Origin: Candidatus Anderseniibacteriota bacterium
Lineage (GTDB): Bacteria; Patescibacteriota; Andersenbacteria; UBA10190
DNA length: 64,000 nucleotides
Direction of reading: 5' to 3'
NCBI GenBank assembly: GCA_016197005.1
Contig: JACPWO010000001.1
Coordinates: forward strand, 282,544 to 346,543
This document shows, piece by piece, positions 8,960 through 18,182 of this stretch (position 1 is its first letter; each line of letters opens with the position of its first letter). The position numbers and the translations under genes are program-made. Below the pieces are notes generated by a model that was not told where the DNA came from, did not search any database, and saw nothing but the letters and a program-made list of their open reading frames with translations.

Positions 8960-11900
8960 ATGTCAGATTTCACCCACCTCCACTTTCATACCCACTATTC
9001 CCTGCTCGATGGTTTAGGAAAGATTGATGACATTATTAGCCGAGTCAAAGAGCTCGGCATGGACTCTATCGCCATAACTGACCACGGAGCTATGTATGGG
9101 GCAATTGAGTTCTACCAGGCAGCTACAGCGGCTGGAATTAAGCCCATTATTGGTCTGGAGACGTACGTGGCTCCCGAAGGACATAAGGAGCGACGTGGTA
9201 AACCACGCCACCTTACGCTCATTGCCCAGAATATGGCGGGGTATAAAAACCTTATTCAACTAACAACCAAGGCGCACTTACAGGGATATTACTATCGTCC
9301 CCGGATTGACTACGAACTCCTAGAAAAACATAGCGAAGGATTAATCGTTTTATCTGGATGTCTTAATAGCGATTTATCTAAAGCAATTACGGAACGTCGT
9401 CCTGACGACGCCGATCGCATCATTAAGTGGCACCTAAATGTGTTCGGCCCTGATCGCTTTTATTTGGAAGTTCAAGATCACCCCACGATTCGCAAGCAAA
9501 CAGTTGTAAACGACGCCCTCATTACCTTTTCTAAAAAATATAATTTATCGCTCGTCGCCACTAGCGACTCCCATTACGTTAAACCAGAAGACGCCCACGC
9601 TCACGATGTTCTCCTGTGCGTCCAGACTGGTAAGATTGTTACCGACCGCGACCGCATGTCGATGCTCGACGAAGACTACTCTCTAAAGAGCCCTCAAGAA
9701 CTTAAGAAAGCGTGGGCATCTCATCCGGAAGCAATCGATAATACTCAAAAGATTGCAGAAATGTGCTCTCTCGAGCTCGAATTCGGTGTCCATCGGCTTC
9801 CCCGATATCCACTGCCAAAAGGAAAACAACCTGATCAGGAGCTCCGTCGTATATCTCAAGAGGGATTAAAAACTCGGTACGCTAACAAGCAACCAAAAGA
9901 AGCACATGCACGTCTCGACTACGAACTTTCGGTTATTGAAAAAACCGGGTACGCCTCTTATTTCCTCATTGTTGCCGACTTTGTAAACGAAGCGAAAAAC
10001 CGAGGAATTTTAGTAGGCCCGGGTCGTGGGAGTGCGGCTGGAAGTTTGGTGTCGTACTTAACGAACATCACAAACGTTGATCCGCTTAAGTATAACTTGC
10101 TGTTCGAGCGTTTCCTTAATCCTGAACGTGTATCCATGCCAGATATCGATTTGGATTTTGCTGACGATCGGCGTGGCGAAGTCATTGATTACGTACGAGA
10201 AAAATATGGACATGAGCACGTCGCTCAGATCATTACATTTGGAACAATGGCCGCTCGAGCCGCTATTCGCGATGCCGGTCGAGCACTTGGGTTTCCGTAT
10301 TCTTTCTGTGATCAAATAGCGAAGGCCATTCCGCCGTTTACGGATTTCAATGCTGCCCTTACTACCTCAGCTGAATTTAAAAGCTTGTACAACGGTGACC
10401 CTCAAGCCAAACGCCTTATTGATACTGCTCGTAAGCTAGAAGGAGTAGTTCGTCACGCTTCTACTCACGCCGCCGCGGTTGTTATTACCGATAAGCCCAT
10501 TACTGAGTACGTTCCTCTCCAGCTATCTAGTACATCTGACGGCGAAAAAGATACGGTCACCCAATACGCCATGGGCCCCATTGAGGACTTAGGACTCCTT
10601 AAAATGGACTTTTTGGGTCTAAAAAACTTAACTGTTATTGGTCGAGCCTTAAAGCTGGTACACCAGCACCGCGGTATTAATCTCGTGCTCGATACTCTCC
10701 CGATGGATGACGGTCCTTCTTATCGTCTCCTCCAAGAAGGAAAAACAACTGGTGTTTTCCAGCTTGAATCGGCTGGTATGAAGCGGTATCTGAAAGAACT
10801 TAAGCCAACCGAATTTGAAGACATTATCTCAATGGTGGCGCTTTACCGACCAGGGCCGATGGATTCAATTCCAGACTTCATCGCCGCCAAACACGGACGT
10901 AAAAAGATTACCTATCTCCATCCTCTTCTCCAGCCAATACTAGAAAAAACATATGGCGTCATCGTTACCCAGGATCAGGTACTTCAGATTGCCCGAGAAT
11001 TTGCTGGCTTTTCTTACGCTGAAGCCGATATTTTACGTAAAGCAGTAGGTAAGAAAATTAAAGCGTTACTTGATGAACAGCGCACTAAATTTGTTCAGGG
11101 TGCACTCACGAACAAAAATATTGATCAACCAACGGCCGAAAAAGTGTGGGACTTTATTGAACCGTTCGCTCGTTATGGATTTAATCGAGCACATGCTGCT
11201 TGCTATGCACTGATTGCTTACCAGACTGCTTACCTGAAGGCGAACTACCCAGCAGAGTTTATGGCCTCCCTCCTCACCAGCGATGAGGGCAATACTGATC
11301 GCCAGGCAATTGAAGTAGCAGATGCTGTCGGAATAGGTTTAACTGTTTTGCCACCGGATATTAATAGAAGCTTGGTAGATTTCAGTGTAGAAAATAATGC
11401 TATTCGCTTTGGTCTAGGAGCCATTAAGAACGTTGGACTCGTTGTTACTCAAAATATTATTAACGACCGTGAGAAAAACGGTTCGTTTTCAGATATCGCT
11501 GACCTTTTTGCTCGCATGGGCACTCGAGACTTTAATCGCAAAACTGTAGAAAGCCTAACCCGAGCGGGTGCACTCGACGAGATGGCGGAGAGAAACCAGG
11601 TACTAGAAAATGTTGAACGACTGCTTGAATTCAGTCGCGCGGCTCGCGCGCAACGCGAATCCGGTCAGCAAGACTTGTTCGGTGGTGCAGGCGAAAATGT
11701 AAAACCAAAAATTACGCTTTCTCCTTCTCAGCCTGCTTCTAAAGAAGATCGACTGAAATGGGAGAAAGAATTACTGGGGCTATATGTCTCGGAACACCCA
11801 CTCAAGAGCCTGGCACCTAAGCTGGCTGGCCTTGTTATTCCCCTCGGAGAGTTGCCAGCACACAAAGGTGAAAAAAGTGTGCGTATTGCTGGAGTTATTA

Positions 11901-12403
11901 CTCGCATCAGTAAGATCATTACAAAGAAAGGACAGCCAATGGTGTTTGCTCAAATGGAAGACTTATCCGGAAAAGCAGAAGCACTCGTGTTTCCTTCTCT
12001 TCTCGAAAAGACGAGCGATATTTGGCAAGACGGTGCGCTGGTCATCGTCACCGGAAAAATAAGTGATAAGGATGATGAAGTAAAAATACTGGCAGATAAA
12101 TGCTGGATGTTAACCGAAGAAAATCTTACTTCTCTTACTCGCCTTAATAGTTCCTCCTCATCTACTCCCCTCAAATCTATCTCCATCTATGTTCCGCCAA
12201 ATACTCCTCGTGAGAAGCTCGCTACTCTCCAACAACTGTTTTCTACCCTGCATAGCGAAGGTGGCACCCCGATTGAACTTCTTATTAGTAATGGCGGTCG
12301 CATTAAACGTATTACTACCAAGTTTCGTATTCTTCCGACTCAGGAAAACAAAACGCAACTGTCTGGCGTTATTGGAAGTGAGGCAGTACGCTTTGTCAGA
12401 TAA
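8960..12403 (+). CDS. dnaE: DNA polymerase III alpha subunit
   Basis: 1147-aa ORF. The N-terminal PHP domain is FTHLHFHTHYSLLDG. The palm/fingers motif is GVFQLESAGMKRYLKEL and an OB domain lies near the C-terminus. The length is ordinary, so there is no intein. Confidence 0.95.
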   Translation: MSDFTHLHFHTHYSLLDGLGKIDDIISRVKELGMDSIAITDHGAMYGAIEFYQAATAAGIKPIIGLETYVAPEGHKERRGKPRHLTLIAQNMAGYKNLIQLTTKAHLQGYYYRPRIDYELLEKHSEGLIVLSGCLNSDLSKAITERRPDDADRIIKWHLNVFGPDRFYLEVQDHPTIRKQTVVNDALITFSKKYNLSLVATSDSHYVKPEDAHAHDVLLCVQTGKIVTDRDRMSMLDEDYSLKSPQELKKAWASHPEAIDNTQKIAEMCSLELEFGVHRLPRYPLPKGKQPDQELRRISQEGLKTRYANKQPKEAHARLDYELSVIEKTGYASYFLIVADFVNEAKNRGILVGPGRGSAAGSLVSYLTNITNVDPLKYNLLFERFLNPERVSMPDIDLDFADDRRGEVIDYVREKYGHEHVAQIITFGTMAARAAIRDAGRALGFPYSFCDQIAKAIPPFTDFNAALTTSAEFKSLYNGDPQAKRLIDTARKLEGVVRHASTHAAAVVITDKPITEYVPLQLSSTSDGEKDTVTQYAMGPIEDLGLLKMDFLGLKNLTVIGRALKLVHQHRGINLVLDTLPMDDGPSYRLLQEGKTTGVFQLESAGMKRYLKELKPTEFEDIISMVALYRPGPMDSIPDFIAAKHGRKKITYLHPLLQPILEKTYGVIVTQDQVLQIAREFAGFSYAEADILRKAVGKKIKALLDEQRTKFVQGALTNKNIDQPTAEKVWDFIEPFARYGFNRAHAACYALIAYQTAYLKANYPAEFMASLLTSDEGNTDRQAIEVADAVGIGLTVLPPDINRSLVDFSVENNAIRFGLGAIKNVGLVVTQNIINDREKNGSFSDIADLFARMGTRDFNRKTVESLTRAGALDEMAERNQVLENVERLLEFSRAARAQRESGQQDLFGGAGENVKPKITLSPSQPASKEDRLKWEKELLGLYVSEHPLKSLAPKLAGLVIPLGELPAHKGEKSVRIAGVITRISKIITKKGQPMVFAQMEDLSGKAEALVFPSLLEKTSDIWQDGALVIVTGKISDKDDEVKILADKCWMLTEENLTSLTRLNSSSSSTPLKSISIYVPPNTPREKLATLQQLFSTLHSEGGTPIELLISNGGRIKRITTKFRILPTQENKTQLSGVIGSEAVRFVR

Positions 12404-12409
12404 ATTCCT

Positions 12410-13552
12410 ATGTCATTTCAGCTAGAGTTATCTCGCCGCGCCTTCCTTATCCTGCTGGTAGTAATTGGATTACTCCTGATTGGTATTGTTTTAGTTGTCT
12501 TTCTACCTTCCGCTAAGGTAACGCTCATTCCGGCTCAAGAGACACGTTCCGTCACCCAGGAAATAACCTTAGCAAAAGATGCTGAAGGACCAGATTTCGT
12601 TCGGTTTGTGCTGCCGGCCCACATTGTAGAAACAGAACTTGAGGAAACAAAAACTATTACTCGTGAAGCAAAAGATGCCAAGGAAGACTTTGCTAGAGGA
12701 AAAGTTACTCTCATAAACGATCAGGACGAAGACCAACCCTTACTCCCCAAAACTCATCTGCGTCATGAGGCCTCTGGCAAACAATTCTTAACAGATGCAG
12801 CCGTTCGTATTCCCCCTAAGGGTCGGGTAGATGTTACTGTTACCGCTGAAGAAATTGGATCGGGTAGCAATGTCGCCGCCGGTACATTTATTGTCGACAG
12901 ACTCCCCCTACCAATGCAATCTGTTGTGCATGGAGAAAGCACCCAAACGTTCAGTGGTGGCCTCGTGACAGATGCTGTCGTATCCGAGCAAGAAGTAACA
13001 AAAGCGAAGGAAGAAATTTCTCAAGCCTTAAGAGAACGAGCGGTCAGTGAACTTACCTTGAAAGCTGGTGGCGCTTCCGTAAACCCTGACCTCGTGCACT
13101 TTGAGACAATCCTCGATGAATCTTCAGCGGAGCCTGGAAGCAAGGCTGTTTCTTTTGAAGTAAAACAGAAAGTACGAGTCCGTGCCTTCGTTGCCGACCA
13201 AAATGATTTACTCAGCCTCACCCTACTAGCCTTGCGCTCAAACAGTACCCAAGAAGAAGAATTTGTCGCTTACGATCCGGCTTCTTTCACCGCCACCATT
13301 GGTCGAGCAGATTTTGAGCGAGGCCAAGCAAGAATTACCGGAACGCTGACCGGTACGTTTGCTCGTAAAATTGAACCAAGCGTTCTTTCTGGCGAAAGTA
13401 TTATTGGGCTCGGTACTCAGGAAACCATTGAACATTTTGAGAAGTTCCCTTCTGTTGGAAAAGCAGAAGTGCAGTTTTCTCCATTTTGGGTACAAAGTGT
13501 TCCTTCACGCCGCGCCGCCACGGAAATTAGTGTGAGACAGCCACAGCAGTAA
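12410..13552 (+). CDS. Hypothetical membrane-anchored protein (380 aa)
   Basis: An N-terminal TM helix (AFLILLVVIGLLLIGIVLVVFL) is followed by a long beta-rich extracytoplasmic region. It starts 7 nt after the dnaE stop. Confidence 0.5.
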   Translation: MSFQLELSRRAFLILLVVIGLLLIGIVLVVFLPSAKVTLIPAQETRSVTQEITLAKDAEGPDFVRFVLPAHIVETELEETKTITREAKDAKEDFARGKVTLINDQDEDQPLLPKTHLRHEASGKQFLTDAAVRIPPKGRVDVTVTAEEIGSGSNVAAGTFIVDRLPLPMQSVVHGESTQTFSGGLVTDAVVSEQEVTKAKEEISQALRERAVSELTLKAGGASVNPDLVHFETILDESSAEPGSKAVSFEVKQKVRVRAFVADQNDLLSLTLLALRSNSTQEEEFVAYDPASFTATIGRADFERGQARITGTLTGTFARKIEPSVLSGESIIGLGTQETIEHFEKFPSVGKAEVQFSPFWVQSVPSRRAATEISVRQPQQ

Positions 13553-13595
13553 AGCCCTTGCTTCGTGCTATTATGAGGTGGTACAAAACACTGTC

Positions 13596-15347
13596 ATGGC
13601 TCAGCAGCATACTCAAGAAGAATTAGACCACCTCAGGCACTCCGCGGCACATTTACTCGCCGCCGCTGTTTTGGAATTATGGCCTGATGCCAAACCAACG
13701 ATTGGCCCAGCTATTGAGGATGGTTTTTATTATGACTTTGAATTCTCTTCCCCCATCTCGGAGAAAGACTTCAAGGCCATTGAAAAGAAAATGACCCAGC
13801 TTCTAGCGGATTGGAAAGAATTCACTCACAAAGAAGTAACCGCTACAGAAGCCAAGTCTCTTTTTGCAGACAACATATATAAGACTGAATTAGTTGATGA
13901 AATTGCCGAGCGCGGCGAAAAAATTACGCTGTATACCGCTGGCACATTTACCGACCTGTGCCGAGGCGGACATGTAGCTGAACCAAGAAAACAGTTACAA
14001 TACTTTAAGCTCCTTACACTGGCAGGCGCATATTGGCGAGGAGATGAGAAAAACGCGATGCTTACTCGCATTTACGGCACCGCCTTTCCAACGAAGGATG
14101 CTCTAAAGGCACATTTGGTGCAGCTTGAAGAAGCAAAGAAACGGGATCATCGAAAACTCGGTAAGGAATTAGACCTCTTTGCTTTCTCTCCCTTAGTCGG
14201 CCCAGGCCTCCCAATGTTTACTCCACGCGGCACTGTTATCCGGGAAGAGTTACTTCACTTTGTCCGAAGAGCGAAAGAAAAACGCGGTTACTCTTTTGTC
14301 ACGATTCCCCACATCGCGAAGACGGATTTGTATATTAAGAGCGGACACTTGGGAAAATACGACGCCATGATGCCAATCATGAAAGATAAAGACGGCAATG
14401 AATTTGTGATGAAGGCCATGAACTGTCCTCATCATTTTGAGTTGTTTAACTCTCGTCCTCACAGCTACCGCGATCTCCCCTTACGTTTTGCGGAGAATAC
14501 AGCGGTGTACCGCAATGAAAAAAGCGGCGAACTATCTGGTCTCGTCCGCGTTGCCGCCTTAACTCAAGACGACACTCACCACTTCGTGCGCCATGATCAA
14601 ATTCAAGCGGAAATTGAAATGATTTTGGGACTGATGAAAGAAGCTTATAACGTGTTTGGTTTTAAAGATTATCATGTGCAGATTTCTATTCGTGATCCCA
14701 AGCATTCAGAAAAGTATTTTGGTGACGATGCTGTTTGGAAAAAAGCTGAAACTATTTTAGTCGAGGCGGTAAAAGCTTGGGGCGCACCCTACTTAGTTGA
14801 AGAAGGTGAAGCTGCTTTTTACGGACCCAAGATAGATATTATGGTGAAGGACGCTATTGGTCGCATGTGGCAACTCACAACCGTTCAGCTTGATTTCGTC
14901 CAAGCTGAGAACTTTCAAATGCGATACACCGGACAAGATGGTCAAGAACACGCGCCGGCGGTGCTCCACGTGGCTATCCTCGGCTCGGTAGAGCGGTTTA
15001 TGGGCATATTAATTGAGCATTATGCAGGAGCGTTACCTCTCTGGCTTTCCCCTGTTCAAGTTGCCATTCTCCCTATTTCCGATGATCAATTAGAATACGC
15101 CAAAGGTATTGCAGCTACGCTTAAAGAAGCTGGTATTCGTGTTGAAACCGATGAGCGCTCAGAAAGTATTGGCAAAAAAATACGCGAAGCCCAAACAATG
15201 AAAGTTCCGGTTATGTTAATTGTTGGTAAAAAAGAAGTTGAAGACGAAACAGTTGCTGTCCGCTTACGTGCTGAAGGAGATAAAGGTGCGCAAAAAATTG
15301 GAGACGTCATAACCACTCTTACCGAACATATCCGAACACGCAGTTAG
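13596..15347 (+). CDS. thrS: Threonyl-tRNA synthetase, short form without the TGS/N2 domains
   Basis: It has the HSAAHLLAAAV zinc-site region, the CRGGHV motif, class II aaRS motifs and a C-terminal anticodon-binding domain. The track starts at GTG 13578; ATG 13596 is the alternative start. Confidence 0.9.
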   Translation: MAQQHTQEELDHLRHSAAHLLAAAVLELWPDAKPTIGPAIEDGFYYDFEFSSPISEKDFKAIEKKMTQLLADWKEFTHKEVTATEAKSLFADNIYKTELVDEIAERGEKITLYTAGTFTDLCRGGHVAEPRKQLQYFKLLTLAGAYWRGDEKNAMLTRIYGTAFPTKDALKAHLVQLEEAKKRDHRKLGKELDLFAFSPLVGPGLPMFTPRGTVIREELLHFVRRAKEKRGYSFVTIPHIAKTDLYIKSGHLGKYDAMMPIMKDKDGNEFVMKAMNCPHHFELFNSRPHSYRDLPLRFAENTAVYRNEKSGELSGLVRVAALTQDDTHHFVRHDQIQAEIEMILGLMKEAYNVFGFKDYHVQISIRDPKHSEKYFGDDAVWKKAETILVEAVKAWGAPYLVEEGEAAFYGPKIDIMVKDAIGRMWQLTTVQLDFVQAENFQMRYTGQDGQEHAPAVLHVAILGSVERFMGILIEHYAGALPLWLSPVQVAILPISDDQLEYAKGIAATLKEAGIRVETDERSESIGKKIREAQTMKVPVMLIVGKKEVEDETVAVRLRAEGDKGAQKIGDVITTLTEHIRTRS

Positions 15348-15355
15348 TACAAACA

Positions 15356-15916
15356 ATGAAGTACTCGCTGCCCAATAGCCAAAACTTGAGTAATACTCGC
15401 ATAGAGTCTGATCGCCTTATCCTTGTACCCATTTCGCTAGACCACGGCGATGTTATTTTCCAAGAGTTTACCGCGGAGATTACTACATACATGTACCCGA
15501 CTCCTCCGAAAACTCCTCGAGACACTGAAGAATTTATTGAATCTTCTCAAAAGAAAATTGAGGCTGGTTCTGATTTAGTTATGGCGATACTTAACAAAAA
15601 GACTCAAGAATTTCTGGGCTGTGTTGGATTACATAAACTCGATCGAGACACAAAAGATCCGGAGCTTGGTATTTGGGTAAAAAAAATCGCTCACGGAAAC
15701 GCCTACGGACGAGAAGCGGTGACGGCGGTAAAAAAATGGGCTGATGAAAATACGAACTACGAGTACATTCACTATCCTGTTTCCAAATTAAATATTCCTT
15801 CTCGAAAAATTGTTGAATCGCTCGGTGGTAAAGTAGTCCGTGAGCTTACAAAAGAAAATCAAAGAGGAACTATCTTGGATGAGGTCGAGTATTTAATTTA
15901 CCGACCAGAACGCTAG
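15356..15916 (+). CDS. GNAT-family N-acetyltransferase (RimJ/RimL-like)
   Basis: 186 aa. It has the GNAT core and the acetyl-CoA loop VKKIAHGNAYGREAVTAVKKWADE. Confidence 0.7.
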   Translation: MKYSLPNSQNLSNTRIESDRLILVPISLDHGDVIFQEFTAEITTYMYPTPPKTPRDTEEFIESSQKKIEAGSDLVMAILNKKTQEFLGCVGLHKLDRDTKDPELGIWVKKIAHGNAYGREAVTAVKKWADENTNYEYIHYPVSKLNIPSRKIVESLGGKVVRELTKENQRGTILDEVEYLIYRPER

Positions 15917-16506
15917 AACTGTAACGGAATTGCGCTAGGTGAAGGTGTAACAGATTTTTCTTCTACCTTGTCTTCAGAGCCAGCAACCTCGCCTTCTTTT
16001 TGAGAAATATCTTCAGCGATATCTGCGAGCTGTCTACTATTTTCCTCGGCTTCCTGCTGCAACCCCTGGATGGTAGCTAGTGCTTTGCTGGCTTCATCAA
16101 ATGCTTCCTGGGATATACCTTCTAGCTCTTCTCGTTCTCCTTCGGAAAGTTTCCATGCTTGTTCACGAGCTTGTTCTACACTTTTAGCTAATAACTTTGC
16201 TTGAGGAACAATTTTTTCTGAGGAAGCTCCTTTTTGTACTAGCTCGTCGAGGCGAGTAGCATCTTGGCGGACGAATCCTAACATAACCTCCATTTTCTGA
16301 GCCGGATCTTGAGCAGAATATAATTCGGTGTATCGTTTAACGTTTACCACTAGTGACCTTCCCTGTTCAAGCAGGTTTCCGTTTACGGCCATACGCGTGA
16401 GGGTACCTGGAGCACTTACGAGCTTATCGAAATGAAATTTTACCTCTACTACTCCCGTCAAAAGCGCCGCTGCAATTACAGCGATTACTAATAGAAGTTT
16501 TACCAT
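15913..16506 (-). CDS. Hypothetical membrane-anchored coiled-coil protein
   Basis: An N-terminal TM helix (LLLVIAVIAAALLTGVV) is followed by a Glu/Gln/Ala-rich helical region. Confidence 0.4.
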   Translation of the reverse strand: MVKLLLVIAVIAAALLTGVVEVKFHFDKLVSAPGTLTRMAVNGNLLEQGRSLVVNVKRYTELYSAQDPAQKMEVMLGFVRQDATRLDELVQKGASSEKIVPQAKLLAKSVEQAREQAWKLSEGEREELEGISQEAFDEASKALATIQGLQQEAEENSRQLADIAEDISQKEGEVAGSEDKVEEKSVTPSPSAIPLQF

Positions 16507-16529
16507 AGGTATAGTATATAGTAGCCCTT

Positions 16530-17423
16530 ATGACAGAAAAACTGCATTTAAAGGTCATTGTAGGCCCTACAGCAGCCGGTAAGACCGATTACGCTATTCA
16601 GATCGCCCAGCAGACAAACGGGGCTGTTATATCGGCAGATTCACGCCAGCTCTACGCCGGCATGAATAGTGGAACTGCTAAACCTCAAGAGGCCTGGAAT
16701 TCAAACGCTCATGATATTTTCACCGCCGATTTAGTTAATGACATCCCCCACTATCTGCTGAACGTTCGAACGCCAAATAATCCGATGACACTGACAGAAT
16801 GGCAAGAAGCTGCTTTTCATATCATTGATCAAAGTCACAATCCTCTTTTAGTCGGTGGTACCATGCTGTATGTCGACAGCATCGTTTTTAACTATAGTGT
16901 TCCCAACGTTTCCCCTAACGAATCTCTTCGTGCAGAACTTGAAACCCAATCGACAAACGACCTCTATGCTAAACTTCTTACGCAAGATCCAGCTGCTAAA
17001 GAATTTATTGAACCCCATCATAAACGTCGCATTATTCGCGCTCTTGAAGTTATTACCGCAACTGGACAACCTTTTTCTTCTCTGCGCCAGAAGCGTGAAC
17101 CAAAATATATTATCGAGATAATCGGACTGTTTCCTGGGTGGAAAGCCTTAGAAAAAAACATTACGGAACGTGCTGAGAAAATGTTTATGGAGGGACTATT
17201 CGACGAGACGGAGCAATTACGCCAAAAATACGGAAACGAGCTTCCGCTTTTACAGACTATGAATTATCGAGAAGCAGCCTTAGTGCTTGATAAAAAATTA
17301 GATAAAAAAATGGCGCTAACTGAAATGGTTCGCGCCAATCTCCGTTACGCCAGGCGGCAAATGTCGTGGTGGCGCAAGAGAGAAGATATTCACTGGATCA
17401 CCAGCCACCGCGCACCCGTATAA
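16530..17423 (+). CDS. miaA: tRNA dimethylallyltransferase
   Basis: It has the P-loop VIVGPTAAGKTDYAI and the DSRQLY motif. The length is typical. Confidence 0.85.
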   Translation: MTEKLHLKVIVGPTAAGKTDYAIQIAQQTNGAVISADSRQLYAGMNSGTAKPQEAWNSNAHDIFTADLVNDIPHYLLNVRTPNNPMTLTEWQEAAFHIIDQSHNPLLVGGTMLYVDSIVFNYSVPNVSPNESLRAELETQSTNDLYAKLLTQDPAAKEFIEPHHKRRIIRALEVITATGQPFSSLRQKREPKYIIEIIGLFPGWKALEKNITERAEKMFMEGLFDETEQLRQKYGNELPLLQTMNYREAALVLDKKLDKKMALTEMVRANLRYARRQMSWWRKREDIHWITSHRAPV

Positions 17424-17652
17424 TTAGAGTTGCGCCAGCTGCGCAAGCCAGGGCAAAAATCATGAGAATCCCGATAATACACGAGAGAATCTGGCTACCA
17501 TCAATTTCCTCCTCTTCAAACCACCGAGATGATCGGTGTCGTCGAGATCGAGATTTTAGGGTAATCCATTCTTCTGGGACTCGACTTCCGTCAATTTTCT
17601 CAACACTCGCTCGGGATACTTCAGGTTGCTCGCTCATTGGTCGACTCCACAT
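17398..17652 (-). CDS. Possible small tail-anchored membrane protein
   Basis: ORF 17398..17748 is trimmed to the internal ATG. It has a charged N-terminus and a C-terminal TM helix (ILSCIIGILMIFALACAAGATLII). It overlaps the 3' end of the upstream ORF in another frame and the 3' end of miaA. The call is weak. Confidence 0.25.
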   Translation of the reverse strand: MWSRPMSEQPEVSRASVEKIDGSRVPEEWITLKSRSRRHRSSRWFEEEEIDGSQILSCIIGILMIFALACAAGATLIIRVRGGW

Positions 17653-18130
17653 ACGTTTGTAAATAGAGTGTGACTGCCGGGACGCCGTACTGACGGATAT
17701 CTCTGATAAACGAGCACTCAAGATCAGGGTAACATGCCAGATCTTCAAGTGAGCGCTGCAGACGAGTAACGTCTTGATCGCTCAATGCCTGCAGAAGGCC
17801 ATTGACTACAGAATATCCTGCCGGCTCTTCGCGATCAATCTCTGCCAGATCATCACTCCACTGACCGATGTAAAGTTGATACGATTTAATCTCCCAATAG
17901 CGGGCATTGGCCATTGCCACATGATGGATACCAATGACCAGATGAACGAGAAATAAAAAGGATCCGACAAAAAAGGAGTGTATGTGGTCCAGAAAAAGCA
18001 GCCCGTGCGCCGCCGCTGGCAGTGACTGAGCCGTCTCTTTCACCAGACCCATGGGTTGTTGCTGACTGGCGTAGAGCGAGCGGGCGTCAACATAAAATGC
18101 CACCGCTTCTTGCCAATTTGTAATGAGCAT
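17621..18130 (-). CDS. Hypothetical protein (169 aa) with an internal hydrophobic hairpin
   Basis: A strong SD sits upstream of the ATG at 18130 (AAGGAGGTGGAC-ATG). I recognise no domain. Confidence 0.5.
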   Translation of the reverse strand: MLITNWQEAVAFYVDARSLYASQQQPMGLVKETAQSLPAAAHGLLFLDHIHSFFVGSFLFLVHLVIGIHHVAMANARYWEIKSYQLYIGQWSDDLAEIDREEPAGYSVVNGLLQALSDQDVTRLQRSLEDLACYPDLECSFIRDIRQYGVPAVTLYLQTYVESTNERAT

Positions 18131-18182
18131 GTCCACCTCCTTGAAAAGACCCGAGGGACAACGGCTCGATTATGCTCCTCCA

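Noticed and set aside
8960-12403. Intein or other insertion in dnaE, and likewise in gyrB, pheT, clpC and ligA
   Set aside because: All lengths are ordinary for intein-free versions and no Hint/endonuclease motifs were seen.
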